DNA from: Thermoanaerobaculia bacterium
GTDB lineage: Bacteria > Acidobacteriota > Thermoanaerobaculia > UBA5066 > Gp7-AA6
Length of the DNA stretch: 61,574 nucleotides
Assembly: GCA_033853815.1 (NCBI GenBank)
Contig: JAWOLE010000065.1
Coordinates: 1-61,574, forward strand
Reading direction: 5' to 3'
Shown: positions 1-7,780 of the stretch, piece after piece
Layout: each line of letters begins with the position of its first letter
Position numbering within the stretch: position 1 is the stretch's first letter
Position numbers and translations under genes: made by a program
The notes under the pieces: model-generated
Told to the model about the DNA's origin: nothing
Databases searched by the model: none
What the model saw: only the letters and a program-made list of their open reading frames with translations

Positions 1-1
1 C

Positions 2-1171
2 CTGGCCATCGGGGGGTTCTTCATCGCGACGAAATGGCTGCTGGCCAACCCCTCGCACCCCGACGCCTGGTGGAAGTACTTCCTGTGCGGCGTGATCGGG
101 ATCCTGACCTCCATCGCCTTCGTGTACATCACGCAGTACTACACGGAATACCGGTACCGGCCGGTGCGCGAGATCGCCGAAGCCTCCCAGACCGGTCCGG
201 CCACCAATATCATCACCGGAATTTCCGTCGGGTTCGAGTGCACGTTGATGCCGGTCATCGCGATCTCGATCGCCATCCTCGCCTCCTACAAGCTCGGCGC
301 GTGGGCCCTGCCCGACGGCGGACTCTTCGGCACGGCCGTCGCGACCATGGGCATGCTGGGGACGGCCGCTTACATCCTGGCCATGGACACCTTCGGCCCG
401 ATCACCGACAACGCGGGCGGCATCGTCGAGATGTCGCGCCAGCCCGAGGAGATCCGCAAGAAGACCGACCGGCTGGACGCCGTGGGCAACACCACCAAGG
501 CGCTGACCAAGGGGTACGCGATCGGCTCGGCCGCGCTCGCGGCGTTTCTGCTCTTCTCGGCGTACCTGGACGAGTTGAAGAACTACAACGCCGGCCTCGA
601 CTCGGTCAATCTTGCCAAGCCCGAAGTCTTCGTGGGGGGCCTGCTCGGCGCGATGCTCGTTTTCTTCTTCTCGGGGCTGGCGATCCGGGCCGTCGGCAAG
701 GCGGCCTACGTCGTCATCCAGGACGTGCGCGCGCAGTTCAAGGAACACCCCGGCATCATGCAGGGGACGGAGAAGCCGGATTACGGGCGCACGGTGGACA
801 TCGTGACGCGGGGAGCGCTGCGCCAGATGATCGCGCCCGGCCTCGTCGCCGTCGGCACCCCGATCGCCGTCGGCCTCGTCTTCAAGATGTTCGGCGTCGG
901 CGCGGAGACGGTGGCGGCGCTCCTGATGGTCGGGACGATCGGCGGCATCGTGGTCGCGACACTGTTGAACAACGGCGGGGGCGCCTGGGACAACGCCAAG
1001 AAATACATCGAGACCGGGGCCTTCGGCGGCAAGGGATCGCCGACCCACAAGGCCGCGGTCGTCGGGGACACCGTGGGCGACCCCTTCAAGGACACGGCGG
1101 GCCCCTCGCTCCACGTCCTCATCAAGCTGCTGGCGACGATCACGCTGGTGCTCGCGCCGCTGTTCATCTGA
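2..1171 (+). CDS. hppA: Membrane H+-translocating pyrophosphatase, C-terminal part (5' end outside window)
   Basis: Track ORF 92..1171 carries H+-PPase hallmarks (DNAGGIVEM, AVGNTTKALTKGYAIGSAALAAF, GDTVGDPFKDTAGPSLHVLIKLL). The same frame is open back to base 2. Lys in GNTT-K-A is the known signature of K+-independent enzymes. Confidence 0.95.
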   Translation: MAIGGFFIATKWLLANPSHPDAWWKYFLCGVIGILTSIAFVYITQYYTEYRYRPVREIAEASQTGPATNIITGISVGFECTLMPVIAISIAILASYKLGAWALPDGGLFGTAVATMGMLGTAAYILAMDTFGPITDNAGGIVEMSRQPEEIRKKTDRLDAVGNTTKALTKGYAIGSAALAAFLLFSAYLDELKNYNAGLDSVNLAKPEVFVGGLLGAMLVFFFSGLAIRAVGKAAYVVIQDVRAQFKEHPGIMQGTEKPDYGRTVDIVTRGALRQMIAPGLVAVGTPIAVGLVFKMFGVGAETVAALLMVGTIGGIVVATLLNNGGGAWDNAKKYIETGAFGGKGSPTHKAAVVGDTVGDPFKDTAGPSLHVLIKLLATITLVLAPLFI

Positions 1172-1173
1172 GA

Positions 1174-1275
1174 AGTCCCTAGTCCTTGGTCCTTAGTCCT
1201 TGGTCCTGTGACCATGGACGGACTAGGGACTAGGGACTGGGGACGAGGGACTAGGGACTAGGGACTAGGGACTAG
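1174..1275. repeat. Inverted heptamer arrays: AGTCCYT x5 (1174-1208) and GGACTAG x8 (1220-1275)
   Basis: Read directly. The arms are complementary and separated by 11 nt. They fill the convergent spacer between the hppA stop (1171) and the stop of 1272..1901, whose TAG is part of the last unit. Confidence 0.95.
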
Positions 1276-1901
1276 TTCTTCGGCATCCCCTTCATCATCT
1301 CGGACATGTCCCGGAACTTGACGCTGTCGGGTGGCGCCATCATCGAATCGGGGACCGAGGCCCCAAGATCGATGTCGCTGTTGGTCGTGGTGATCTTCGT
1401 GTCCCCGGTCTGCGCCTGATAGCGGACCGGGAAGTTCTTCAGGTCCCTCGCCAGCCAGTACTTCTCCTTCTGCGGTCCTCGCTCGACCGATTCCTCGTAC
1501 TCGTAGACGTCGCAGGGATGGCCCTCGACCGTCTCGGTGCCGACCTTCTTGCCTTTCGCCCGGACGTTCTCGATCTTGCCAACGTAGTCCGCCGAAGGGC
1601 CGCCGCGCCGGCGCACGTTCGCGGGGATCTTCATGCCAGTCGCCTGGCCCTCCTGCCACTGGTAGACGACGTCGCCCGTCCGGACCATGTTCATGTCCAT
1701 TCCCATGATCGACATCTTCATCCGGATCTTCTTGTCCTTCATCCAGATCTCGGCGTCGGTCGTCACGTCCCCCTGAGGCCCGCCCTCCATCTGCGTCCTG
1801 GACTTCCAGTGGGCCGACGAAAAAGCCTGGGCCCGCAAGGCGCCCGCGAGAGCCAGGGCGGCGAGCGCCAGGATCGCCGACTTGAAACGTAATGATGTCA
1901 A
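1272..1901 (-). CDS. Secreted hypothetical protein (LolA-like beta fold is only a guess)
   Basis: TTG start at 1901 preceded by AAGGAG. N-terminus MTSLRFKSAILALAALALAGALRAQA is a classical signal peptide. Codon usage matches neighbours. Confidence 0.6.
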   Translation of the reverse strand: MTSLRFKSAILALAALALAGALRAQAFSSAHWKSRTQMEGGPQGDVTTDAEIWMKDKKIRMKMSIMGMDMNMVRTGDVVYQWQEGQATGMKIPANVRRRGGPSADYVGKIENVRAKGKKVGTETVEGHPCDVYEYEESVERGPQKEKYWLARDLKNFPVRYQAQTGDTKITTTNSDIDLGASVPDSMMAPPDSVKFRDMSEMMKGMPKN

Positions 1902-1938
1902 GAGCTACTCCTTTCCCTTTGCGACTTCGGTCCCCCGG

Positions 1939-3123
1939 TCAAACAAAGCGGCAGAGAATTTCATTCGACAGCAGGAATCCCCGCTCGGTCAGGCGCGCGC
2001 GCCCGGAGGCCTCCTCGAGAAGATCCTGGCCCTTCCAGACGGCGTAGTCCTCGGGGAGCCGCGGGTCCTCCGAATTGCGTATGGCTTCCTCGATCTCGTC
2101 GGTGGCGACGCCCTCCGAAAGCCTCAGCCCAAGCACCACTCGCTCCCGCGCCTCTTCTTCCCGACCGATCGGCCGATCCAGGCAAAGCGGGCGCCGCCCC
2201 CGGGCGAGCTCCTCGATGTAACGCTCCAGCGAGGAGACGTTCGCGCGGCGCCGGCCGTCCCAGAACTCGTGCGCCGAGACTCCGAGCCCGAGGGTCGGAA
2301 TTCTCTTCCAGTACTTGAGGTTGTGCCGGCTTTCCCGTCCGGACAGGGACCAGTTGGAGATCTCGTAATGGCGGTATCCGCGGCCGCGGAGCGTCTCCGA
2401 CATTTCCAGCCACAGATCGGCCTGGGCGTCGTCGCAGAGGTAACGAGAAGGATGGAGGCGGCGATCCGCTTCGATCGATTTCGACTTCTCGGTTTCGAGC
2501 AGGTAGACCGAGACGTGCCCGGCGCCCGAGGCGCACAACTCCTTCAGGCTCTCCCGGAAGCTCCGCGCCGTCTGCTCCGGCAGTCCGAGAATCAGGTCGG
2601 CCGAGAAGGAGAGGTCGCTCGAGGCGAGGGCGGCGAGGGCACGGCGGGCCCCTTCCGCGTCGTGGCGCCGCTCGACGGCGGCAAGCTCCCGATCCTCGAA
2701 GGACTGGATCCCGACCGAGACGCGGTTGACGCCGGCCGCGATCCAGCGGCGGGCGGCTTCCTCCGAGACGTCCTCGGGGTTCGCCTCCAGCGTGACCTCG
2801 GCGGAGGGCCGGACCCGGAAGGAGGTTCGCAGCACCTCGAGCAATCGAACGAGATCCGAGGGCGGCGTCAACGACGGCGTTCCGCCGCCGAAGTAGACGG
2901 AGTCGAAGGATTCTCCCCGCGAGTCGGACGCGGCGAGCGCGACCTCCCGCATGAGCGCCTCCCGGTACCGCCCCGCCGACGAGCCGTCCGTCGAGACGAC
3001 GAAGGAGCAGTAGCCGCAGCGGGAGAGGCAATAGGGCAGATGCAGGTAGAGGCCGCAGGCAATCGGGTGATCGGGTGATCGGGCGATCGGGTGATCGGCC
3101 GCAGCCGTCGAAGACAGGATCAT
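1939..3123 (-). CDS. hemW: Radical SAM HemW/HemN-like coproporphyrinogen-III oxidase family protein
   Basis: LYLHLPYCLSRCGYCSF (CxxxCxxC), FGGGTPS, HemN C-terminal-like tail. ATG at 3123 overlaps the stop of the upstream ORF (ATGA). The remaining N-terminal part of the 757-aa track ORF is an Arg-rich GC artefact. Confidence 0.85.
   Translation of the reverse strand: MILSSTAAADHPIARSPDHPIACGLYLHLPYCLSRCGYCSFVVSTDGSSAGRYREALMREVALAASDSRGESFDSVYFGGGTPSLTPPSDLVRLLEVLRTSFRVRPSAEVTLEANPEDVSEEAARRWIAAGVNRVSVGIQSFEDRELAAVERRHDAEGARRALAALASSDLSFSADLILGLPEQTARSFRESLKELCASGAGHVSVYLLETEKSKSIEADRRLHPSRYLCDDAQADLWLEMSETLRGRGYRHYEISNWSLSGRESRHNLKYWKRIPTLGLGVSAHEFWDGRRRANVSSLERYIEELARGRRPLCLDRPIGREEEARERVVLGLRLSEGVATDEIEEAIRNSEDPRLPEDYAVWKGQDLLEEASGRARLTERGFLLSNEILCRFV
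3064..3098. repeat. Octamer array CGGGTGAT x4
   Basis: cgggtgat cgggtgat cgggcgat cgggtgat cgg. Lies inside the predicted first 20 codons of hemW. Confidence 0.95.
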
Positions 3124-4112
3124 CGAGCGCCTGCCAGCAACGCCTCTTCGGCCTCGCGGGCGAGGTCGGGACCGAAAGGAAAGAGCTTGCCGAGGTTGCC
3201 CTCGCGCGCGATCGGCGCGAGGTCGCGGCCGGATTCGTCGATCCACCGGGCCGCGGCGTGCAGGAGCGCCGCCCGGTGCTCGTCCCCCGACGCGGCCACC
3301 GCCTTCTCTTCCAGGCGCCCCGCGGCGGCGGCGTTTGCCGCGGGCTCGTGCAACCCGACGGGGCGCGGCGGGACGGTCGCGAGGCCGAGCCGAGCGCAGC
3401 AATCGCGAAGCCGCTCCTGCGCCAGGCTCGCCTGGGCGAAGTCGCCGTGGTGGACGAGATCGAAGAGGCCGTCCGACGACTCGGGATGGGAGGCGCTCGC
3501 GGCTTCCAGGGCCAGACGTCTGGCCTGACCGTCCTCGGCGAGCGGCACCGACGCCAGGAACCGGGCGCCGGACGCGGCCGCGCGGCCGACGGCGTCCTCC
3601 ACGACCTCCGGCGTCGCGGTCCACCCGGGCACGAAGGGCAGAAGCCAGCCCGCCGGGATGCCGGCCGCGAGCGCGGCCGCGAGCCCCTCGCCCGGAGGCT
3701 CGAGGCCGGGAAACCAGACGAACAGGGCCACGACGGCCGATCCGGGCTCCCGCGGGAGACCCGCGGGCTCGGGCTCGAGCAGGTAGACGGCCCGCCCCGA
3801 GGCCCGCGCTCCCTCGGCGGCCGCGCGGTAGGAACCGCGAACCTCCTCGGCGTCGGAGCACGGGCCGACCAGGACGGGGCCGGCGGGTCCGCGCAGAAGT
3901 GCGGTCCGCCAGACGCCCGCCTCGTGCGGCCCGGCGAGCATGGTGCCCTCGGACGCCCGGGAGAAGAAGCGGCGCTCGACGGGATCGAAGCGGAAACGCG
4001 GGGCGCCCACCTCGCCGGCGTAGGGAAAGGCCCTCGCCGCGATCCGACGGGAGGCGATCTCGAATTCCCCCGGGCGGACGATCGCGTTGCCGGAGGACTC
4101 GAAGACGATCAT
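3120..4112 (-). CDS. Hypothetical protein, translationally coupled between ribE and hemW
   Basis: Track ORF 3120..4148. The internal ATG at 4112 (MIVFESS...) overlaps the ribE stop (ATGA) and its own stop overlaps the hemW ATG. No motif recognised. Confidence 0.55.
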   Translation of the reverse strand: MIVFESSGNAIVRPGEFEIASRRIAARAFPYAGEVGAPRFRFDPVERRFFSRASEGTMLAGPHEAGVWRTALLRGPAGPVLVGPCSDAEEVRGSYRAAAEGARASGRAVYLLEPEPAGLPREPGSAVVALFVWFPGLEPPGEGLAAALAAGIPAGWLLPFVPGWTATPEVVEDAVGRAAASGARFLASVPLAEDGQARRLALEAASASHPESSDGLFDLVHHGDFAQASLAQERLRDCCARLGLATVPPRPVGLHEPAANAAAAGRLEEKAVAASGDEHRAALLHAAARWIDESGRDLAPIAREGNLGKLFPFGPDLAREAEEALLAGAR

Positions 4113-4720
4113 CGGGTCCTGCCCGCCCGGCCGACCCGCCGGCGCCAACCCGACGCTCCGTAGCGCGCGAAGACGTCCGCCTCGAAGTTGAAGACCGTCC
4201 CGGGCTTCGCACCGCCGAGCGTCGTCGCGCGCAGCGTCTTCGGGATCAAGGCCACTTCGAAGTCCCCGCGGCGCCTGCTCGCCACCGTGAGGCTCACGCC
4301 GTCCAGAGCGACCGAGCCCTTCTCGACGACGAAGCGTGAGAGGCCGCGCGGAAGGGAGAACCGGTAGGTCCGGGAATTCCCGGCGGGGCGGGCCGCGAGA
4401 AGCCGGCAGACTCCATCCACGTGGCCGAGAACGAAGTGGCCGGAAAGGCGATCTCCCCAGGCCAGCGCTCGTTCGAGGTTCACGGCGCCCCCGGAGCGCA
4501 GCCCGCCGAGCGTCGAGCGTCGGAGGGTCTCGCCGGAGAGGTCCGCCGCGAACCGGCGCCCGCTCCGAATGGCCGTCAGGCAGACTCCCGACACGCTGAT
4601 GCTCTCCCCATCGCGGAATCGCCCGTAGCCCGCCGGCGGTTCGACCGTGAGCCGGGCTCCCCCACGGACCTTTTCGAGGGAGATCACCTTCCCCTTGCCG
4701 GTCACGATGCCGCTAAACAC
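4109..4720 (-). CDS. ribE: Riboflavin synthase alpha chain
   Basis: MFSGIVTGKGKV N-terminus and duplicated lumazine-binding halves (GESISVSGVCLT / GSVALDGVSLT). GTG start at 4720. Confidence 0.9.
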   Translation of the reverse strand: MFSGIVTGKGKVISLEKVRGGARLTVEPPAGYGRFRDGESISVSGVCLTAIRSGRRFAADLSGETLRRSTLGGLRSGGAVNLERALAWGDRLSGHFVLGHVDGVCRLLAARPAGNSRTYRFSLPRGLSRFVVEKGSVALDGVSLTVASRRRGDFEVALIPKTLRATTLGGAKPGTVFNFEADVFARYGASGWRRRVGRAGRTR

Positions 4721-4743
4721 AGGAGAGCCGCAAAGCTTGGGTC

Positions 4744-4771
4744 ATTCTTAATTCTCAATTCACAATTTCTT
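4744..4771. repeat. Heptamer array ATTCTNA x4
   Basis: attctta attctca attcaca atttctt, abutting the ribD stop codon (4771-4773). Confidence 0.9.
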
Positions 4772-5883
4772 TACTGGCGCACGCTGCCTGTCACGAAGAT
4801 ATCTTCGCCCAGCCGTTCGACCTCGATGTCGTTCAAGCGGGGCGTCGAGCCGAGCGGGAAGCCCCCGCCGCCCACGCCCGCGGGAGCGACGGCGCCTCCG
4901 AGGATGCGGGGCGCGAAGAAAACGGCGACGCGGTCCACCCGCCGGGCGCGAAAGAACTCCCAGAGCGTTGCCGATCCTCCCTCCACGAGAAGGCTCGTGA
5001 TCCCCTGTCGCGCGAGCCTTGTGAGAAGGGCCGGGATGCTCACATGGCCTGAACCTCGGCCGGGCAGGCTCCAGACGAGAACGCCCCGCGAGGCCAGAAG
5101 CCGCACCGAAGGATGGCTCGGAGCGCGAGCGGTTACGACGAGAACGTTCTCCCGACGGCGAAAGAGGCGCGCGCCGGGGTCAACCCTGAGGCGGCCGTCG
5201 AGGAGGATCCGCCAGTGGGGAGTCGCGGCCCTGCCCAGGCGGCGCGTCAGGCGCGGGTCGTCCGCGAGCGCAGTGCCGGACCCGACGAGGACGGCGTCGT
5301 ATTCCTCCCTCAGCAAAAGGGCCCGCTTCCGCGCCCGGGGGCCCGTGATCCAGCGGCTCTCGCCCCCGGCCGACGCGGTCTTGCCGTCGAGCGTGGCCGC
5401 CCACTTGGCGAGCACGAACGGCCGGCGCTCCCGGACCCAGATGCGGAACTTCTCGTTCTGGCGCTCGGCCCGGCGCCGCCGCGCCGAGTCCGCGAGGACG
5501 ACCTGGACGCCGGCGCGCCGCAGGGCGGAAAGCCCGCGCCCCGAAACGAGAGGATTGGGATCGCGCGCGGCGACGACGACGCGGCCGACGCCGGAAGCGA
5601 GGATCGCGTCGGCGCAGGGGGGAGTTCTGCCGAAGTGCGCGCAGGGCTCGAGCGTCACGTACAGATCGGCCCCTCGCGAGCGCTTTCCCGCCCGGGAAAG
5701 CGCGACCACTTCGGCGTGCGGCCCGCCCGCGCGGCGGTGAAACCCCGTTCCTATGGCCCGGCCTCCCCGCGTCACGACGGCGCCGACCATCGGGTTGGGC
5801 GAGACCGAATAGCGCCCCCTTTCGGCCAGCTCGAAGGCCAGGTCCATCCACCTCATATCGATGGGAGCCGGTCGTCGCATCAT
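4771..5883 (-). CDS. ribD: Bifunctional riboflavin biosynthesis deaminase/reductase
   Basis: Zinc deaminase motifs HAEVVAL and PCAHFGRTPPC followed by a reductase half. The start could instead be the ATG at 5856. Confidence 0.9.
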   Translation of the reverse strand: MMRRPAPIDMRWMDLAFELAERGRYSVSPNPMVGAVVTRGGRAIGTGFHRRAGGPHAEVVALSRAGKRSRGADLYVTLEPCAHFGRTPPCADAILASGVGRVVVAARDPNPLVSGRGLSALRRAGVQVVLADSARRRRAERQNEKFRIWVRERRPFVLAKWAATLDGKTASAGGESRWITGPRARKRALLLREEYDAVLVGSGTALADDPRLTRRLGRAATPHWRILLDGRLRVDPGARLFRRRENVLVVTARAPSHPSVRLLASRGVLVWSLPGRGSGHVSIPALLTRLARQGITSLLVEGGSATLWEFFRARRVDRVAVFFAPRILGGAVAPAGVGGGGFPLGSTPRLNDIEVERLGEDIFVTGSVRQ

Positions 5884-5896
5884 CCTCTGGGGTCCA

Positions 5897-6853
5897 TCAG
5901 TTGTCGCCGAGGAGGGCCCTGGCGTACTGGGAGGGATCGAACGGAATCAGGTCGTCCAACCCCTCTCCCACGCCGACGAAGAGGACCGGCAGCTTCAATT
6001 CCCGGTAGATGGCCAGCACGACGCCCCCCTTGGCGCTGCCGTCGAGCTTGGTCAGGACCACGCCCGTCGCGCCGGCGGCCTCGACGAAGCGCCGCGCCTG
6101 GGCGAGGCCGTTCGTCCCCGTCGTCGCGTCGAGCACGAGCAGGGTCTGGTGCGGCGCGCCGGAGACCTCGCGGCCGGCGATTCGCCGCATCTTGGCGAGC
6201 TCCTCCATCAGATTCTTTTTCGTATGGAGGCGGCCGGCCGTGTCCACGAGGAGCGTCTGTGTGCCCCGGGCCCTGGCTGCCGCGATGGCGTCGAAGAGGA
6301 CCGCCGAGGGATCGGCGCCCTCCCGATGCTGGACGATCGGGACCTTCAGTCGATCGGCCCAGACCGCCAGTTGCTCGATCGCTCCGGCGCGGAACGTGTC
6401 GGCGGCGGCGAGCAGGACCGAGCGACCCTCCTCGAGACGGCGCGCGGCGAGCTTGGCCGCCGTCGTGGTCTTGCCCGAACCGTTGACGCCGACCAGGAAG
6501 ACGACCTCGAGCGGAACGTCGGGAGCCGCGGGGGGCCGGGGCGCCGAGGCGATCAGGCGCTCGATCTCTTCCGTCAAGAGCCGGCGCAGGTCCTCGAGAT
6601 CCGTCCGCTCGCCCGCGCCCCGGCGCGCCCGCACGGCTTCGGCCAGCGCTCCGGCGGTCTCCGCGCCGACGTCCGCCTCGATCAGGGCCTCTTCCAGGCT
6701 CTCGAGCACGGACTCGTCGAACCCGAGTCCCTTCTTCACCGCCGAACCGAGCTTTTCCAGGATCTCGGTATGGGTCATGAACAACCCGCGCCGGACCCTG
6801 GCAAAGAAACCGGAGCGCGGCGTCTTCTCGGGTCCGGGCGTCGGATCGCTCAT
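5897..6853 (-). CDS. ftsY: Signal recognition particle receptor FtsY
   Basis: GVNGSGKTTTAAKLA P-loop, DTAGRLH, TKLDGSAKGG. Confidence 0.93.
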   Translation of the reverse strand: MSDPTPGPEKTPRSGFFARVRRGLFMTHTEILEKLGSAVKKGLGFDESVLESLEEALIEADVGAETAGALAEAVRARRGAGERTDLEDLRRLLTEEIERLIASAPRPPAAPDVPLEVVFLVGVNGSGKTTTAAKLAARRLEEGRSVLLAAADTFRAGAIEQLAVWADRLKVPIVQHREGADPSAVLFDAIAAARARGTQTLLVDTAGRLHTKKNLMEELAKMRRIAGREVSGAPHQTLLVLDATTGTNGLAQARRFVEAAGATGVVLTKLDGSAKGGVVLAIYRELKLPVLFVGVGEGLDDLIPFDPSQYARALLGDN

Positions 6854-6917
6854 CGGGACGCATTATTCCCGATCGAGAGCCGTTTCAAAGAGGAAGCCGG
6901 CAGGATCCGGGCGTGCG

Positions 6918-7727
6918 TCAGCTCGACGGATTGGTTTCCAGGAGCAGGCGCGCCTTCGCGCCGGCTTCCCCTGAGGGATCGAGCTCCAGCGTGCGCTCGA
7001 GATAACGGCGGCCGAGCGCCGTCTTCTTCATCGTCACCAGCGCCAGACCCAGGCGCAGATTCGCCTCGGGACTCTTCGGCTGCAGCCGCACCGCCTCCAG
7101 GTAGTCCTCGGCGGCCGCCTCGAGATCGCCCCGCGACTCCCGGGCGACCCCGCGGCCGAGGACCGCGTCGAAGGACCCCGGATCCCGGGCGAGGGCCGTG
7201 GAGAACTCCGCCTCGGCTCCCGCGTAGTCCCCCATCCTCTGGCGCATCCGACCGCGGTTGATGGCCACGTCGACCTTGTCCTCCAGAGCGGAGGATCGGT
7301 CGGCCACGCGGAAGTCTTCCTCGGCGTCTCCGTAGCGTCCCGCCTGCGTGCGCGCCATCCCCCGGTGAATCCGGTAGAGACTCCTTTCCGGATCGAGCTT
7401 CACGGCGCGATCGAACTCGTCGAGCGACTCATGGAGCCTGCCCTGGGCGAGCAGCGCCACCCCGAGCCCGTCGTGCACTTCCGGGTTCTTGGGATCCGAC
7501 CGCAGGACGTCCCGGTAGGCCACCTCCGCGTCGTGCGGGCGCCCGTCGCGCAGCAGGACGGCCGCCATGCGCTCGTTCAACAGGACCTCGGCCGAGGTAT
7601 GTCGCTGCGCGCGGGAGGCACAGCTCACGATTGGCGTCAATGCGACGAGTGCCGCGAGGGCGAATAAGAGAACGACCGGGGGAGCGGGTGACTGCGGGAC
7701 TGGGGGAAAAAGCCGGAGGCTCTCGAT
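6918..7727 (-). CDS. TPR-repeat lipoprotein (start codon unresolved)
   Basis: Lipoprotein signal VVLLFALAALVALTPIVSC followed by several TPR-like units (e.g. AEVAYRDVLRSDPKNPEVHDGLGVALLAQGRLHESLDEFDRAVKLDP). No ATG/GTG/TTG lies between the HD-GYP stop (7775) and the signal peptide; 7727 is an in-frame ATC. The track start at 8066 would overlap the HD-GYP gene by about 290 nt. Confidence 0.65.
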   Translation of the reverse strand: MESLRLFPPVPQSPAPPVVLLFALAALVALTPIVSCASRAQRHTSAEVLLNERMAAVLLRDGRPHDAEVAYRDVLRSDPKNPEVHDGLGVALLAQGRLHESLDEFDRAVKLDPERSLYRIHRGMARTQAGRYGDAEEDFRVADRSSALEDKVDVAINRGRMRQRMGDYAGAEAEFSTALARDPGSFDAVLGRGVARESRGDLEAAAEDYLEAVRLQPKSPEANLRLGLALVTMKKTALGRRYLERTLELDPSGEAGAKARLLLETNPSS

Positions 7728-7732
7728 CCGAC

Positions 7733-7780
7733 TCTCCCAGTCTCCCAGTCTCCCAGTCTCCCAGTCTCTCCGTCTCACAG
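7733..7780. repeat. Octamer array TCTCCCAG x4 plus 2 degenerate units
   Basis: tctcccag x4, tctctccg, tctcacag. The HD-GYP stop (7775-7777) is in the last unit. Confidence 0.95.

Noticed and set aside
5884-5896. An FMN riboswitch upstream of ribD. Likewise a cobalamin riboswitch upstream of the BtuF-like gene at 43331-43348.
   Set aside because: Only 13 nt and 18 nt separate these genes from the preceding genes, so there is no room for a riboswitch aptamer.
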